A stretch of 64,000 nucleotides of DNA from Mobula hypostoma (GCF_963921235.1 NC_086109.1:18912001-18976000), one strand, 5' to 3'. Shown: positions 39,426 to 52,807, counted from the first letter of the stretch. Translations and numbers: made by a program. The notes: generated by a model from the sequence alone, not told the origin.

Positions 39426-42319
39426 CCTTTCATTCCCTGCCTGCTCTTATGCCCGTCTAAGTGGTTCTTAATTGTTGCGATTGTATCTGTCTTTACCACT
39501 TCCCCAGCGAGACATTCTAGACTTTGCCTCTGTCTTTAAAAAATACTTCATAATTTTATTATACAAATTCCTCACTATCTAAACTCTGCCAATTTTTGTG
39601 TTTACTGCAAATATATTAATTAGCTTTGCTGCATATTTGTCTATATCACATATTTATATATTTGTAAATGACAGGGATCCCAGCACCAATCCTTGTGGAA
39701 CTCCACCAGACATAGATTTCCAGAGTATCATCCCGTTTGAACTACCCTCTGTTTCAATAACCGTGCCAATTTTGTTACATGGATGTAAGAAGGTCCTATC
39801 ATTCAGTATCTTCTTTGCCAATTTCCCTAAATTCCTGTTTTATTTTTACTGCATTAAATATTCTCCAGTCCTTTGGGATACCACCTGTTGCTAAAAAGGT
39901 TACAAAGATCTCTGTCAAGATCTTAGAAATCTTCTCTTTCTCTTTCAATAACCTAAGATAGAACCCACTGGGCCCTGGGAACTTTTCTTAATGTTCTGCA
40001 AGAGTCCCAACACCCCTTCCTTCTGATATCAGCATTTCCTAGACTATCCGCATTCCCCTCCTTGTCTCACTATCCTCCATGTCCTTTCCCTTGGTGAATA
40101 CTAATACAAAGTATACATTTACCTGCTTGGGCTCCAGGCATAAATGCTGTCCTTTGTCCTTGAATAAACCAGCTCACTCCTTGGAGACCCCATTGTCTTT
40201 CAATGTATGAATAAAATATCCTGGAGTTCTTATTTTTATCTAAATCATCTTGCTTGACTCTTTTTTTAGCCCTCCTGATTCCTTAAGTTATGTCCTGATT
40301 TTTTTAATCAACTTTATCTGTCCGATTTCGGTTTCTAAAGCCTTACATATCCTTACTTTATCTTTTTGACTGCAAAGTTTCATGATTCTACCTTCCTCAA
40401 CCCTGCCTCAAATAACATTTATTTTGGACAAATCCTCCACTCTGAACCAACAATCAATTGATAACATTTTGTAGAAGAAAAGTCCTTGCTAAATTTGTTC
40501 CCCTATTGCTCAAGCATATAGCTATGGTTCTACTAATCATCCTAGTCAGGGTTAAGGATTACACTTGGCATCTTCTGTCATGATATGTGCTGGCAAAGTC
40601 AAAGCCCAAGTGTGGATGAAAGAATGACTCCAACGTAGAGACGGTAGCCAGAGTTTATTCATAAAAAATTCCAACAGAACATCAGGGGCTTGGCTGAGTG
40701 ATACCGCAAGATGTAACATTCTCAAAGTTATGACCCCACATTTAGTGCTAATTGGGCATCCACTTAAATAATACAAGTAATATGGAACACCTGAACCTAT
40801 CAAAATAAACTTAACAAGTTTAATCAGAAAGCACCAGGAGATCATATTACAAAGAATGAGTCACTCGAGAGAAACACAGGGAAATGTCAATGATTATTGA
40901 CTCTCTTTAAACAACAATTAACCAGTTCAGGTGCTCTAAAAACCTAGAGCCCAATGCTCTTTGGTGCCCCATGCAGGTGCAAAGAGCTCATTGCATGTTC
41001 TGTCTGATCTTATAACCTCACTGGACAATGTCATTCAGCCATTATTGGATGTTGTCTAAGGAAAAAATAAAATCATTCATTCCCTTCACTGATGATGAAT
41101 TATGGATGCATTTACTAAATAGGCTGTAGTTTTTCACCTAGACCATTCTAGCAGCATCTTCCTGCAGGAGGGATTAGACGCATAGGAACAACACCTGCTG
41201 AAAGTTCTCCCAGCCCCACTCCTCAAGCTGTAAGCTATTTTTCCTTGGAAATGCATGAGTGTTTCATCATTGTTGAGCCTAAATATTGAAACTTCCTGCC
41301 CAACATTTCATCTTCACCATGAGATCAATTATTAATGGATGATAAATGACAGTGGTGGAAAAACTGCCTGGACACCATTTAAAAAAAAAAGTGAAAATAC
41401 CATAGAAAATAGAAGGGGGTGGAGAAAGTGTTTTAAAAAAATAAATAAATAAAATAAATAAATTAAATTTGCTTCCAGTTTTGACCTCCCACCCTAACCC
41501 TGTTTCACTTTCCTTAGATGCGGCTTATCCGCTAAAGTATTTACTACGTTTTCTGGTTGAGCTTGGATTTCCAACATATTTCTGGCCTCCTCGTCTTTGA
41601 TTTGGATCCATTTGGTGACATTATAAATCAAAAATTAGGATTCCAATCGCAGTGTGAAAATGGAAATGATGGCAAACTCATTAAATCAGAAGGAGAAAAG
41701 TTACTCGTATACCCAGTGGACTAAGTTCCTTAGCAATGCAAAATTTACTGAGACCTGTATTGTAGTGATAGGTCTGTCAGCTATCATCAGAAAGTTGGTG
41801 TTTGCCTGATGCAGTATTAGTGTGTTCATTTCTGCTCTTGCCTACATATGTATATTCATGCCAATGGTCTTCAGAATCCAACAGAGACCTGTATTGTACT
41901 TTGAATGAATATTAACCGCATGGTGCATACAAGAAGCTTTGGTTGTCACTCATGCTTATTTTTCATTATGTTTTCCTGCATCATGCACTCAATTGTTATT
42001 ACAGATATTTGTATCTGCATCACTAACACTTCATTAAAACAACCCCCAGGAGCAGGCTGTTGAGACCTGCAAATAGGGCTTGGTAGCAGTCAAACACACT
42101 TCAGTAGTCCTTGTTTCTTTTCCATTTACTCTTAGCCAGGATTGAATTAGAATTTAGAGGCACTTATCATTGAAACAATGATGAAATGACTTTCAACATG
42201 GATGTGAAAACAATGAAGTATTTCAATTATTTTAGAAATGGCTTCTTCTCCTCCACCATCAGATTCCTGAAGTCACAATAAACCAACCCATGTATATATA
42301 CACAAAAATGTCTATTTAG

Positions 42320-42995
42320 GAATTGGATGGCAGAGGGGAAGAAACTGTTCCTGAATCGCTGAGTGTGTACTTTCAGGCATGCCCTGGGTGCTGGAGGTCC
42401 TTACTAATGGATGTTGCCTTTCTGAGACACCGCACCTTGAAGATGTCCAGGGTACTTTGTAGGCTAGTACCCAAGCTGGAGCCGACTAAATTTACAACGA
42501 TGCAGCTTATTTGGGTCCTGTGCAGCAGCTCCCCCTTACCAGACAGTGATGATGCCTGACAGAATGTTCTCCACGGTACATCTACAGAAGGATTTGAGTG
42601 TATTTGTTGTCATACCAAATCTCTTTTAACTTCCTAATGAAGTATAGGTGCTGTCTTGCCTTCTATATAACTACATCAATATGTTGGGACTAGGTTAGGT
42701 CCTCTGAGATCTTGACACCCAGGAACTTGAAACTGCTCACTCTCTCCACTTCTGATCCCTTCATGAGGGCTGGTATGTGTTCCTTCGTCTTACCCTTCCT
42801 GAAGTCCACAATCAGCTCTTCCATCTTTCTGATGCTGAATGCCAGGTTGTTGCTGCGACACCACTCCAATAGTTGGCATATCTCACTCCTGTACGCCCTC
42901 TCGTCTCCATCTGAGATTCTACCAACAGTGGTTGTATCGTGAGCAAATTTATAGATAGTATCTGAGCTATGCCCAGCCACACAGCCATGGGTTCA
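42320..42995 (-). mobile_element. Rex1/Babar-type LINE remnant
   Basis: YKFAHDTTTVGRISDGDERAYRSEI...ELIVDFRKG...VSSFKFLGVKISEDLT; similar to 13480-13800. Confidence 0.85.
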
Positions 42996-43044
42996 TGGGT
43001 ATAGAGAGAGTAGAGAAAATACAATGTTATATTTTGTATAACAC

Positions 43045-43690
43045 TGGTAAGAGTGTTGAATGCACCCACCCAAGAGCTCCTCTCCACAGGCAAGGAGTGG
43101 AATGTGAGGGCAGATCTTGGCAGACAGCTACAGTTTCCCACAGAAATCACCACTACATCTCTCCACCCAGACATAGTACTGTGGCCCACAGCTGCCAGGA
43201 CAGTCCTCCTCATTGAGTTAACCTTCCCATGGGAGGAAGGAGCGGAGGCTGCCCACGAGCGGAAGAGGCAGAAGTACTCAGACCTGGCAGCTGAGTGAAA
43301 GGAAGCTGGCTGGAGGAGCATCATCTACTCTGTTGAGGTCGGATGCCAGGGCTTCATTGGCTCACTGGTGACAAGTTTACTCTGTGATACGGCAGTGACT
43401 GCAGCGAGGCTCAGGAGGCCATCAGAGAGTTGGCTGAAGAGGCAGAAAGGGGCAGCTTTTGGCTGGGGCTGAGGAGCAAGGACAGAAACTGGGGACCAAC
43501 CAACTCCACTGGAAGTTGCAGAGATGTCCCTGCCACTGCTCTACCACCTGGAGAGGTACCAAGGCTAAGGGAGTGAAACATCGGTGAGTGGTGGTCCCTG
43601 GCTGATGACCCTGCAGATGACCCAAGGGCTCTGTTGGATGTGCGGCAGGCAGTGATGCCAAGTGGGAAACATCTTCCTGTAAATCTTTAT
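43045..43690 (+). mobile_element. 3' end of a restriction-like-endonuclease LINE (HERO-type)
   Basis: DLGRQLQFPTEITTTSLHPDIVLW...VLLIELTFPWEE...HERKRQKYSDL, then after a stop GWRSIIYSVEVGCQGF. PD-(D/E)-type RLE motif. Confidence 0.8.
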
Positions 43691-43739
43691 ATATATATAT
43701 CCACTTATTTGGATAACTCATAAGGAACAAAAACTAATC

Positions 43740-44415
43740 GAGAAAATTGCTGGGATTCCCTTAGATTATTTGGGAATATATGCTGCTTCATTTGGGGCAG
43801 GAGACTTTTGCCAAACTATTTCTAACTGGTGTCAGTGGTATGCATATTAGACACTACACCATGCTTGGAGCAAAATTTTTAATACCATCAGTTGTATGTC
43901 TTTGAGTTCAAAAAGCAGTGATTTTTGTCACTGACAGTTGGTGAGCAGTAAAACAATTTTGAACTGCTTTGCTCGCTCTGGAGTCAAGCATTGAGAGAAA
44001 TGGCCAGGGAGTGAAAATGCAGTGATTGCACTACTTCAACAAGTTAGGAACAACAAAGAATTTGGAGACAACAGCAATCACCTTGAATGTTACAATCACC
44101 TGAAAAATGAAGATTTGGAGGATGCAATCATCAAAAGCATTGTATGAAGGTAGTCAATTATCTGAACTAGGTATCTGTACTGATGTTCACTTGTAGACAA
44201 TCAACACAACAGCATACACTGGATGAATTCTTCTGTCGATAATTATTGGGAACTAATTCATTTTATAGTACTGTAGTAATATACGTAGTGTTTTAATTTG
44301 TTCTGTATTTCATTTAAATACATAATTTGCTACTGAGTTAAATGGTAGTTTAGCTTTTTTATACTTTTTTAACTTCAGCTAATTGGAGCAGCCGCTTAAT
44401 TGGGGCAAAATGTAG
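43740..44415. mobile_element. Probable Tigger/pogo-derived non-autonomous DNA transposon
   Basis: AATTGGG / CTTAATTGGGGCA-type subterminal motifs at both ends; no ORF. Confidence 0.35.
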
Positions 44416-44434
44416 CGTAGATATTATGATTTCA

Positions 44435-45300
44435 CTGCTGAGATGCATTGGGTTTTCAACCATCTAGGAAGTAGATGGGAGGCAGCAAATCAGAAACTTC
44501 ATCTGTGTCAAGGCTCACGCTCAGTGCTGGATTACATGGTGGAATTTAGGATCATCATGGAAGAGTGTGGTTGGAATGTGGAAGCGCAGATTGCCCATTA
44601 CCATCACAGCCTCCTGAAGTGCTTGAAAGACAAACTGTCTATCTGGGAGCTGCCCACTAACCCCAAAAGCCTCATCACTCTGGCTCTGCGTGTTGACAAG
44701 CGTCTTATGGAACGACCCTCTGGATCATCAGCCAGGCCTCCGGTTCCACTCCCAGAACTGCTGCAGGACCATCCTCAGCAAAGCCTCCAGAACTCATGCT
44801 GTTAGGGAGAGCTCCCTTAAACTGTGTGAGCGTCAATGGAGAAACAACTTGTGAGCCTACGGCAAAGCAGCCAATCACCCATGCATCAAATGCATCTGGG
44901 AAACAGTGCCTCCAGGTAGAGGTGAAGGGCCTCCTATCTGGCAAGTTCGCCCTGGCCACTCATACCAGTACAATAGCCCAACTCGCGCTCTCTGAGCTCC
45001 CCAGACTCTTGACAGTTCTGCACACACAGGAGGCACCAGTTGATTCAAACACAGAAAGCAACTTTCTGGACTGGACTCTGTGTGCGCAGCTTGGACTTCC
45101 TACCAAGCCTATCTCTCAGCTCTTTTGCATCACAGCCATTGATAGCCACAGTTTCGGGTCTGGGATGTCTTATGCACATGAGCATCAGAGCAGCGCAAGT
45201 CCATCCAATTCCTCTTTATCGACTCGTCCATTGCTCCTCTCATCTTGGGTTAGCCCAGCTCTCCTCTCATGACTATCACTTCGCCTGGTCATTTGGTTCA
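44435..45300 (+). mobile_element. Sushi-type Gypsy gag-protease remnant
   Basis: Gag: LCQGSRSVLDYMVEFRIIMEECGWN...LKDKL...LITLALRVDKRL. Degenerate protease (DSG motif lost): APVDSNTESNFLD...TAIDS. Confidence 0.8.
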
Positions 45301-46227
45301 CAGTTGGGTATAACCCCGTATGCAGCTCTGGGAAGACCACTGCTTTGAGCTGCATGAAAGCAACTCGAACACAACGGCCTTCCGAGGAGATCAACTCAAA
45401 CATAGCAATCTTCAGAGAAGAGCGACTCAGACACAGTGATGTGGTCTTCTGCAGAACCATCAATTCCTTGTTGCATCCCCATTCGTTGTTTGCAAGGAGC
45501 TACACTTGCTCCCGAATATCCAAGATTTCCTAATGTAATTGAAATATTAGTGTCATGTTGATATTCCTTGCAAACATTTCTTTTTAGCCCTCATCTGACT
45601 TGTCATCCCTCTTGTTCTCACAATTTTTCCTAACAGGATCCGTTTCACTTTTTTAGTTAATGTCTGATGCATTGTTTTAAACAATCAATCTATTAGTTAC
45701 CCACAGTCATTTTTTCTGGCATATAGATTTATTTTCTGCATGGGGAGCATATGATTCTGTACATATGATGGAGATATTTAAAATTTAATAAGTTAGACTT
45801 AGAATGTCGGAGAGGGAGCAATTTCTGTTTTTGGGTTGGTGATGAAAGAGATTATGAATTACAAGAAACTTTGTGTCAAAGGAGGTTTGACATATGGTGA
45901 TAATGATAGAAGACAAGTAAGTAACTAAGTACTGAGAAATTGGAATGGGGAATGAGACTAAATGAAGAGTTTAATGATTTTTGTTTTGAATAGCTGCCTT
46001 CTGCTCCATAAAGTGCCTTGGTTGAAAGGTTGGCGGTGTGGGACTATTTCCTATATTCTCACAGTCTATACTATCTGAGGCAGGCATTTATAAAGATTAT
46101 TTAACAGCATTGGTGGGGAAAGTTAAATGTTTGCTCTCTTCAGTGTAGTAAAATACTAATTGTGTTCTGGTGAAATAAATATTTTCTGCCAATGTTAAAT
46201 TGATTTGTAGTGAATTTAATTGGACGT

Positions 46228-46457
46228 ACAATCAGTGCCACTTTATTAGGTACCTCCTGTACCTAATAAAGTGGTAACTGAGTGTATGTCTGTGGTCTTC
46301 TGCTGCTGTAGCCCATCCGCTTCAAGGTTCAACGGCTTGTGCATTCAGAGAATGGTCTTCTGCACAACACTGTTGGACGCATGGTTATTTGAGTTACTGT
46401 TGACTTTCTGTCAGCTTGGATCAATCTGGCTACTTTCCTCTGACCTGTGTCATTAAC
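46228..46457 (-). mobile_element. Tc1-like non-autonomous element fragment
   Basis: ARLIQADRKSTVTQIT on the minus strand; fold-back end CACTTTATTAGGTAC..GTACCTAATAAAGTG. Confidence 0.7.
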
Positions 46458-48380
46458 AGACCTCAGACAGTGAGGGTGCACAACCACTCCTCCTTCCCTC
46501 AACAATGGTGCATTCCAGGGGTGGTGTGCTGAGTCCATTGCTATACACTGCACAGCCAAACACCCGAGTCATGACATTGTCAAGTTTGCCAACGACACAA
46601 TAGAGGTGGGGCTCATCACCAACAACAATAAGATGGCCTTCAGAGAGGAGTTGAAAGGGCTCGAACCCTTGGGGCAGGCAAGTAACCTCTTCCTTGATAT
46701 CCACAAGACAAGGGAAATGGTTAATGACTTCACGAGAACTGGCACCACTCACACTCAGCGGAAACAGTAGTGGAAACTGCGAGCAGTTTCAACCTCCTTG
46801 GAGTGCACATCTCACACAGCCTCTCAAGGTCCCAGAACACGTCCTACTCAATCAAGAAAGTTCACCAACACCTCTACCTTCTGAGAAGGCTGAACAGAGA
46901 TGGATTATGTACATCAATACTTAAGTCCTTCTACAGATGTGCATTAGAGAGCTCCCTAACATGCTGCACCACTGCATGGTACAGAAACTGCACGGCAGTG
47001 GACAAAAAGACTGTGCAACAGGTAGTCAAAACTGAACAATACATCACTGGTACTAGCCTACCCACCATCAAGAACATGTATACAAAAAGGAGCAGGAGAA
47101 AGGCCGACAATATTGAGGGAACCTACCCAGCTTGCTCATGGACCCATCAGGAAGGAGGCTATGTAGCATCTATGCCAGGACCACCAGACTCAAAATCAGT
47201 TACCTTCCCCAAGCTGTAAAGCTAATCAACACTTTTACCCACTAACTCACCACTCCACACCCTCAACCACTGCTACTTTATCATTTCCCTCCGGAGTCAA
47301 GTTATATACAGTCACTTCTGTGCTGTGTTACTTTATGGACATACATCATCATCATCATCAACATGGCTTGGCTTTGCGAACGAAGATTTAGGAAGGGGGC
47401 TGCCCACGTCTGCTGCAGGCTTGCTGGTGGCTGACAAGGCCAATATGGGACAGGCAGGTCGGACTACAGTGGCTGCAAGGGAGATTCTGTTCTGGTTTTG
47501 GTGCTGCTGTGTCACGGTTCTTCCTCCTTCTCCTTTTGTCCTCAATGCCAGCCCTGCGTGCATTCTTGAAGGATGAGACAGACTGGTGAATGGTGTGTCG
47601 CCAGACCTCGCGATCAGAGGCTAGATTAGACCACTGGCAATGTTTAATGTGACAGGCACCAAGAGATTTCTTCAGCGAGTCCTTGTACCTCTTCGGTGCC
47701 CAGTGGAGAGTTCGCCATATAGCACAACCTTGAGCAGGCGACGATCCTCCATCCTGGAGATGTGTCCTGCCCAGCGCAGCTGCACCTTCAGCAGCATAGC
47801 CTCGATGCCGGTGACCTCTGCCTGTTCGAGGACTTCGATGTTGGTGACAAAGTCACTCCAGTGGATGTTGAGGATGGTGTGGAGGCAGCGCTGATGGAAA
47901 TGCTCAAGGAGTTGTAGGTGGTGATGGTAGGTGACCATGACTTGGAACCGTACAGGAGGGTGGTCAGTACAACGGCTCTGTACACGCTGATCTTTGTGAC
48001 TTTCTTCAAATGCTTGTTGTTCCAGACTCTCTTGTACAACCTGCCGAATGCGCTGTTTGCCTTTGCCAGTCTGTTGTCAATCTCTTTGTTGATCTTGGCA
48101 CCTGACGAGATGGTGCACCCTAGGTAGCTGAACTGGTGGACTGTCTTCAGCTCTACCTCACCGACGGTGATGCGGGGAGGGTGGTAATCTTCCTGAGGAA
48201 GATTATGGACATACAACCAAGCTATGTTATGTATTTATATTTATAGTGTTTTTTTAATGTTTTTTATTTTAATCTTCTTGTGGCTTTTTTTGTGCTGCAT
48301 CAGATCCAAAATAACAATTTTATTTTGTTCTCCTTTGCACTTGTTTAATGTCATTTGCAGTATACAATCTTGAATTTTGA
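46458..48380 (+). mobile_element. Rex1/Babar-type LINE remnant, split by an RTE insertion
   Basis: GAFQGWC, VKFANDT, SSFNLLGVHIS, FYRCALESSLTCCTTAWY. Confidence 0.8.
47346..48202 (-). mobile_element. 5'-truncated RTE LINE
   Basis: FSYLGCTISS...EIDNRLAKANSAFGRL...YRAVVLTTLLYGS and LRWAGHISRMEDRRL. (GAT)n tail; 13-bp TSD TTATGGACATACA (47333-47345, 48203-48215). Confidence 0.93.
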
Positions 48381-48384
48381 ACCT

Positions 48385-48920
48385 TGAATCTGATCCGTTG
48401 GTTGATTTCTCTTACGGAAGTGCATGACCTCACTTCTCAAGTTAAACTCCATTTGCCAGCTGTTTGCCTGGTCATTCAGTCCATTTATATCCTGTGGCAA
48501 AATCACAGCCTCCTCATTACAGCATGCTTTCTGCCTAATTTTTTGCCATTGGCCAAACTTAGAAAAGTTATATTTTGTTTCTCCCTTCAGGTCAATAATA
48601 CAAATGGTTGGCAATTGAGGGACAGAACTGATCCCCCGAGTTACTCCATGAGTTACATCTCTTCAGGCTGAAATAGGACTCATTTATTCCACCTCTTTGC
48701 TCTCAATCCATGCTACCATACTTCCTCCAATACTGTGGGCTTTCAACTTGTGTACCAACCTCCTATGTGCTACCTTGCCAAATACCTCTTGGAAAACGCA
48801 ATAGACAACATTTACAGGTTCCTCTCTATCAACACATCCTGTCACATCCACAAAGATCTCGAGCAAATTTGTCAAACATGATTTGCCTTTCACATGTTTC
48901 TTTTCTCCACAATCATATGA
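48385..48920 (-). mobile_element. CR1 RT remnant
   Basis: HVKGKSCLTNLLEIF...VDREEPVNVVY..FQEVFGKVAHRRL and ANSWQMEFN. Confidence 0.8.
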
Positions 48921-49029
48921 CAATATTATAACTGCCCTGATAGGTCACTTTTATCACAGCATGATTACAAAGGAGTATGCAAGACCCCCATGCAGGATAC
49001 AATGGCAGAAACATTGCATAGCCCGCCCA

Positions 49030-49135
49030 AGTAAAGCTTGAATGGTCGTCTAGTGTGCCTGCTGCTCCCGATGCGGCCTTCTCAACACTGGTGAGACCCA
49101 TCGTAAATTTGGGGGATCGCTTTGGCAAGCGCCCT
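49030..49135 (+). mobile_element. Small PLE GIY-YIG fragment
   Basis: CACCSRCGLLNTGETHRK, frameshift, then LGDRFG. Confidence 0.65.
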
Positions 49136-50414
49136 GAGTAGGGAGTGAGGGGGGTCACGTCAAACTGCTGCTGGGCCCAAACCCACCCCGCATTTGAAAT
49201 TGAAAGGCCGACACGCGCGCCACCCGAACCACTGCTTCCTTAACAGAAACCGCATTAATATTTTTACTTCTAATACTTTCACAGGAACCTACGGCGTTGC
49301 TTCTATAATGTTTCTTTGTGGATAGAAACGGAGCTTTTCACGATCTTGCTGCATGCATGGCATCCACCTTCTCACCTTCCTGAACCGGAAGTTACACACA
49401 AGATGTGGCGAATGAATTTACCTTTGTTAGACTGTAACATAACTATCAACCTTTAACTTTAACTAGAAAATGGTTACAAACAAATAATTTAAAGCGTAGA
49501 CCCAACAAAGACAGATGAATGCCTTAAGGGCAACACAGCACCATTCTGGTGTTTTCTGCCCATCACTATATTTATTATCGTATTTACCATTAGCAGATGT
49601 GCAGGTCACCCTGTGAGGTTCAAGCGGGCATGGAATTTCACTGTCCACAGGCATGTAGGTATAACAATCAACAAAGCTGAATCTGAGAAATTGCAAATTA
49701 AACATGGAAAGATCCAAACATGAATACAAGAGTTTCTGCAGATGCTGGAAATCCAGAGCAAGTTCTGATGAACGGTCTCAGCCCGAAATGTTAATTGTTT
49801 GTATCCCTCCACAGAAGATGTGGTTATGTCTTGAGCTTGTGGACACAAAGTCTGATTGAAGATGGGGTAAATGTGAGATAAACAGCTTAAGAACATTTTA
49901 ATTCCACCTTTGTTTTTACAAGAGATGTGAATGTGGAAATACCTGCTGTTTGAAGACTAAGTTACACTGGTAACAGGAGCTATGAAGGCAATGACTCGCA
50001 CTCTGTACACTGATCAGTTCTGGATTGGAATCTGGAGGACCTGATAAATTAGTGAGCAGTAACATTCCAATCACTTGTTGTTCCATTATTTGGACATCCC
50101 AATTATTTAGCATTGAGCTAGCCAGGTGCTGATCATTTCACCTCTAACACACTGGGGACCTGGTTCTTACACTCCCTATAAATTCACTCGCACCCAGTTC
50201 TTACATTCCCTTAAACTCACCAGGGCCTGGTTTTTCCCCACTCTCTTGAAATCAGTTTGGAACGTCCCAAGTGCAATGGAAGATTTATTATACACTCAGT
50301 GCCCACTTTATTAGGTATTCCTGTATACCAGCATGTTAATAGAAATATCTAACCAGCCAATCGTGGTGGCAACAATGCATAAAAAGCATTCAGACATGGG
50401 CAAGAGGTTCAGTT

Positions 50415-50995
50415 CTTCCACTTAGCAAATTAGAAGTTAAGGGGTTGGTAGGGTGAAGAATTAGGGGGTTATGACAAGACTTGAGATAATGGGCATGAGA
50501 CAGGACCCCTTTATAGAATACATAAAAAAATGTTGGGTTTATGGGTGAAGGGGGTAAAACAAGAAGGGAAGGAATTATATTGACCTGACTTAGAATTGGG
50601 CGTGCTATGCTTAACTATTCTTTATATCTTGTCGGAAAGCATCATTCTGGGTTGTGTAGGTTTTATCATTATGAAACAGTTGAAGCATATAATTAGCGTG
50701 AAGCATATAAAGGTTGAAAGAAATCAACTGCTGGCTTCATTACAATATTTGAGGGTTGGTAGTTTTCACTTAAAAGCTTTATTTAAGTTATGGGAGTGAC
50801 TTTAATTCACAATATCATATTTCACAATATACAATCTGTGGGGCTTTTGGGCTAATTTAGCATTACTTGGAAAAAAGAAGTGGGAAGGCTTTTATTTCCC
50901 AATTCTCTACACCATACTCCAGACCAGTTGGTGGCAGTAATGCACCTTTAATTTGGACTGCCAACCGCCATTAAGAGTCAAAAGAAGAGGAAGGA
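50415..50995 (+). mobile_element. Nimb-type LINE 3' fragment
   Basis: LPLSKLEVK and LRIGRAMLNYSLYLVGK; typical 3' end CCAGTTGGTGGCAGTAATGCACC...GCCAACCGCCATTAA..AAGAAG. Confidence 0.75.
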
Positions 50996-52135
50996 GCTTC
51001 AGTTATGAGTTTGGAATAGCAGGGAAGAGTAGCAGTTGGACTGTGAGGCGTAAATTTTAGCTGGGAAAGACCACGGACAGTTTGAACCACCTGTAATGTG
51101 ACTGACAGGAGCCTAAGGTGGGAAGTTCAGATGGGTAGTTAAATGATGGCATGAAATGAAATTTGTCAAGAAATATAAGGAAAATGAGTTGGGAGGGAAT
51201 GGGTTTGGATGAGGAGGGTTGCCCTGTGAAGGCCATTAGGACTGGGGTAGAAGATGATGTTGACTTCAATGTAAAGATTGCTTCCTGATTTAATTCTGAT
51301 AAGCAGCTTTTCATTTGATTAGACTGATGAAGGCTATTTGAAGGATTTTGGTAAAGTAAAATCAGTAATGTGTCTCAACAAAGGTAGGCTGTTGATTACA
51401 TGTGCTGATTTAAAACAGGAGAAAATACTTTGGTAAGGGGAGAAACAAAGATTTGGGGTGTTAGTTCAGGTGTACCTCTGTATATCAATGGAAGATATTT
51501 GGGACAATATGAGGGGGTAAAGCAGTTCTGCCAAAGAGATTCCTGACTTTGAGAGAAGGGAAAATGTGACAGTTTGTCTGTTCTGTTGTGCTTTTCTGAT
51601 GAATTGCTACCATCAAAAGTCTACTTGGGTTGTATTAGTCATTCTGTCAGAGTACATGAGCATTCCACTGTTGTGGTGTTTTAAGTGCCAATAAGTGGGA
51701 CACGTCCCTGCTTCTTGCAGGGGGGTATTGCAATGTGAAAAATGCGGGGGTGAACATAAATATGGGAATTGTGAAGCTGGCACTGAAGCAAGATACTGCA
51801 ACTGTGGGGGTGATGATAGTGCTGCTTATTTAGGTTGCCTTGTTTTACAGAAGGCATAGATAATTCAGGAGTTGAAGATAGCCCATAATATTTCTTATGC
51901 AGAAGATTTGATTCCTCTACATCTGTTGGGTATCAGGTTAAAATTGACACTAGGCAGTGAGTGCGGGAGGTGAGGTATCTAGTGAAGTATTAATTCTTCA
52001 GAAAATCAGATTTTCTTGTGCTTCTATGTGCTGTGGTTAATGCAGTACAGGTGGGAAGGAAAACTGATAGACAGGAAACTGGTGGTATTTGGGTTTGATG
52101 GCAATTACTGCAGAACTTCGTAGAGCAGATTTGGA

Positions 52136-52705
52136 GAATGATAGTGGAGGGAATGGGCTGTGGTGGAGGGTGATTGGGGAATGATAGTGGAGGGAATGGG
52201 CTGTGGTGGAGGGTAATTGGGGAATGATAGTGGAGGGAATGGGCTGTGGTGGAGGGTGATTGGGGAATGATAGTGGAGGGAATGGGCTGTGGTGGAGGGT
52301 GATTGGGGAATGATAGTGGAGGGAATGGGCTATAGTGGAGGGAATGGGCTGTGGTGGAGGGTGATTGGGGAATGATAGTAGAGGGAATGGGCTGTGGTGG
52401 AGGGTGATTGAGGAATGATAGTGGAGGGAATGGGCTGTGGTGGAGGGTGATTGGGGAATGATAGTGGAGGGAATGGGTTGGTAGTGGGGAGAATTGGGGA
52501 ATGATAGTGGAGGGAATGGGCTGTGGTGGAGGGTGATTGGGGAATGATAGTGGAGGGAATGGGTTGGTAGTGGGGAGAATTGAGAAATGATAGAGGGAAT
52601 GGGCTGGTGGTGGAGAGAATTGAGGGATGATAGTGGAGGAAATGGGCTGGTGGTGGAGACAATTGGGAAATGATAGAGGGAATGGGCTGTGGTGGAAGGT
52701 AATTA
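52136..52705. repeat. 43-bp G-rich minisatellite, ~13 units
   Basis: Unit GAATGATAGTGGAGGGAATGGGCTGTGGTGGAGGGTGATTGGG starts at 52136, 52179, 52222, 52265 and onward, with variant units at the 3' end. Confidence 0.95.
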
Positions 52706-52807
52706 TACACATGGTGCTTCACACTGATCTTTCCTGATCAACTTACAGTTCTTCATTGGAATGCAAGAAGTCTGTTAGCCAAACATTTAAAATTTAAAAC
52801 AGGAATT

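Noticed and set aside
40552..40845. 97-aa minus-strand ORF in non-repeat DNA
   Set aside because: No recognisable domain and no partner exons.
41750..41898. 15-bp direct repeat GAGACCTGTATTGTA, 134 bp apart
   Set aside because: The intervening sequence has no element hallmarks, so I cannot support it as a TSD.
44443..45272. PEG10/RTL-like domesticated gag gene
   Set aside because: Frameshifted, protease DSG lost and no intact long ORF; an ordinary Sushi-type relic.
52136..52705. CRISPR-like array
   Set aside because: Contiguous tandem units with no unique spacers, no cas genes and a eukaryotic context.
51990..52722. 240-aa Pro/His-rich ORF
   Set aside because: Artefact of the 43-bp minisatellite.
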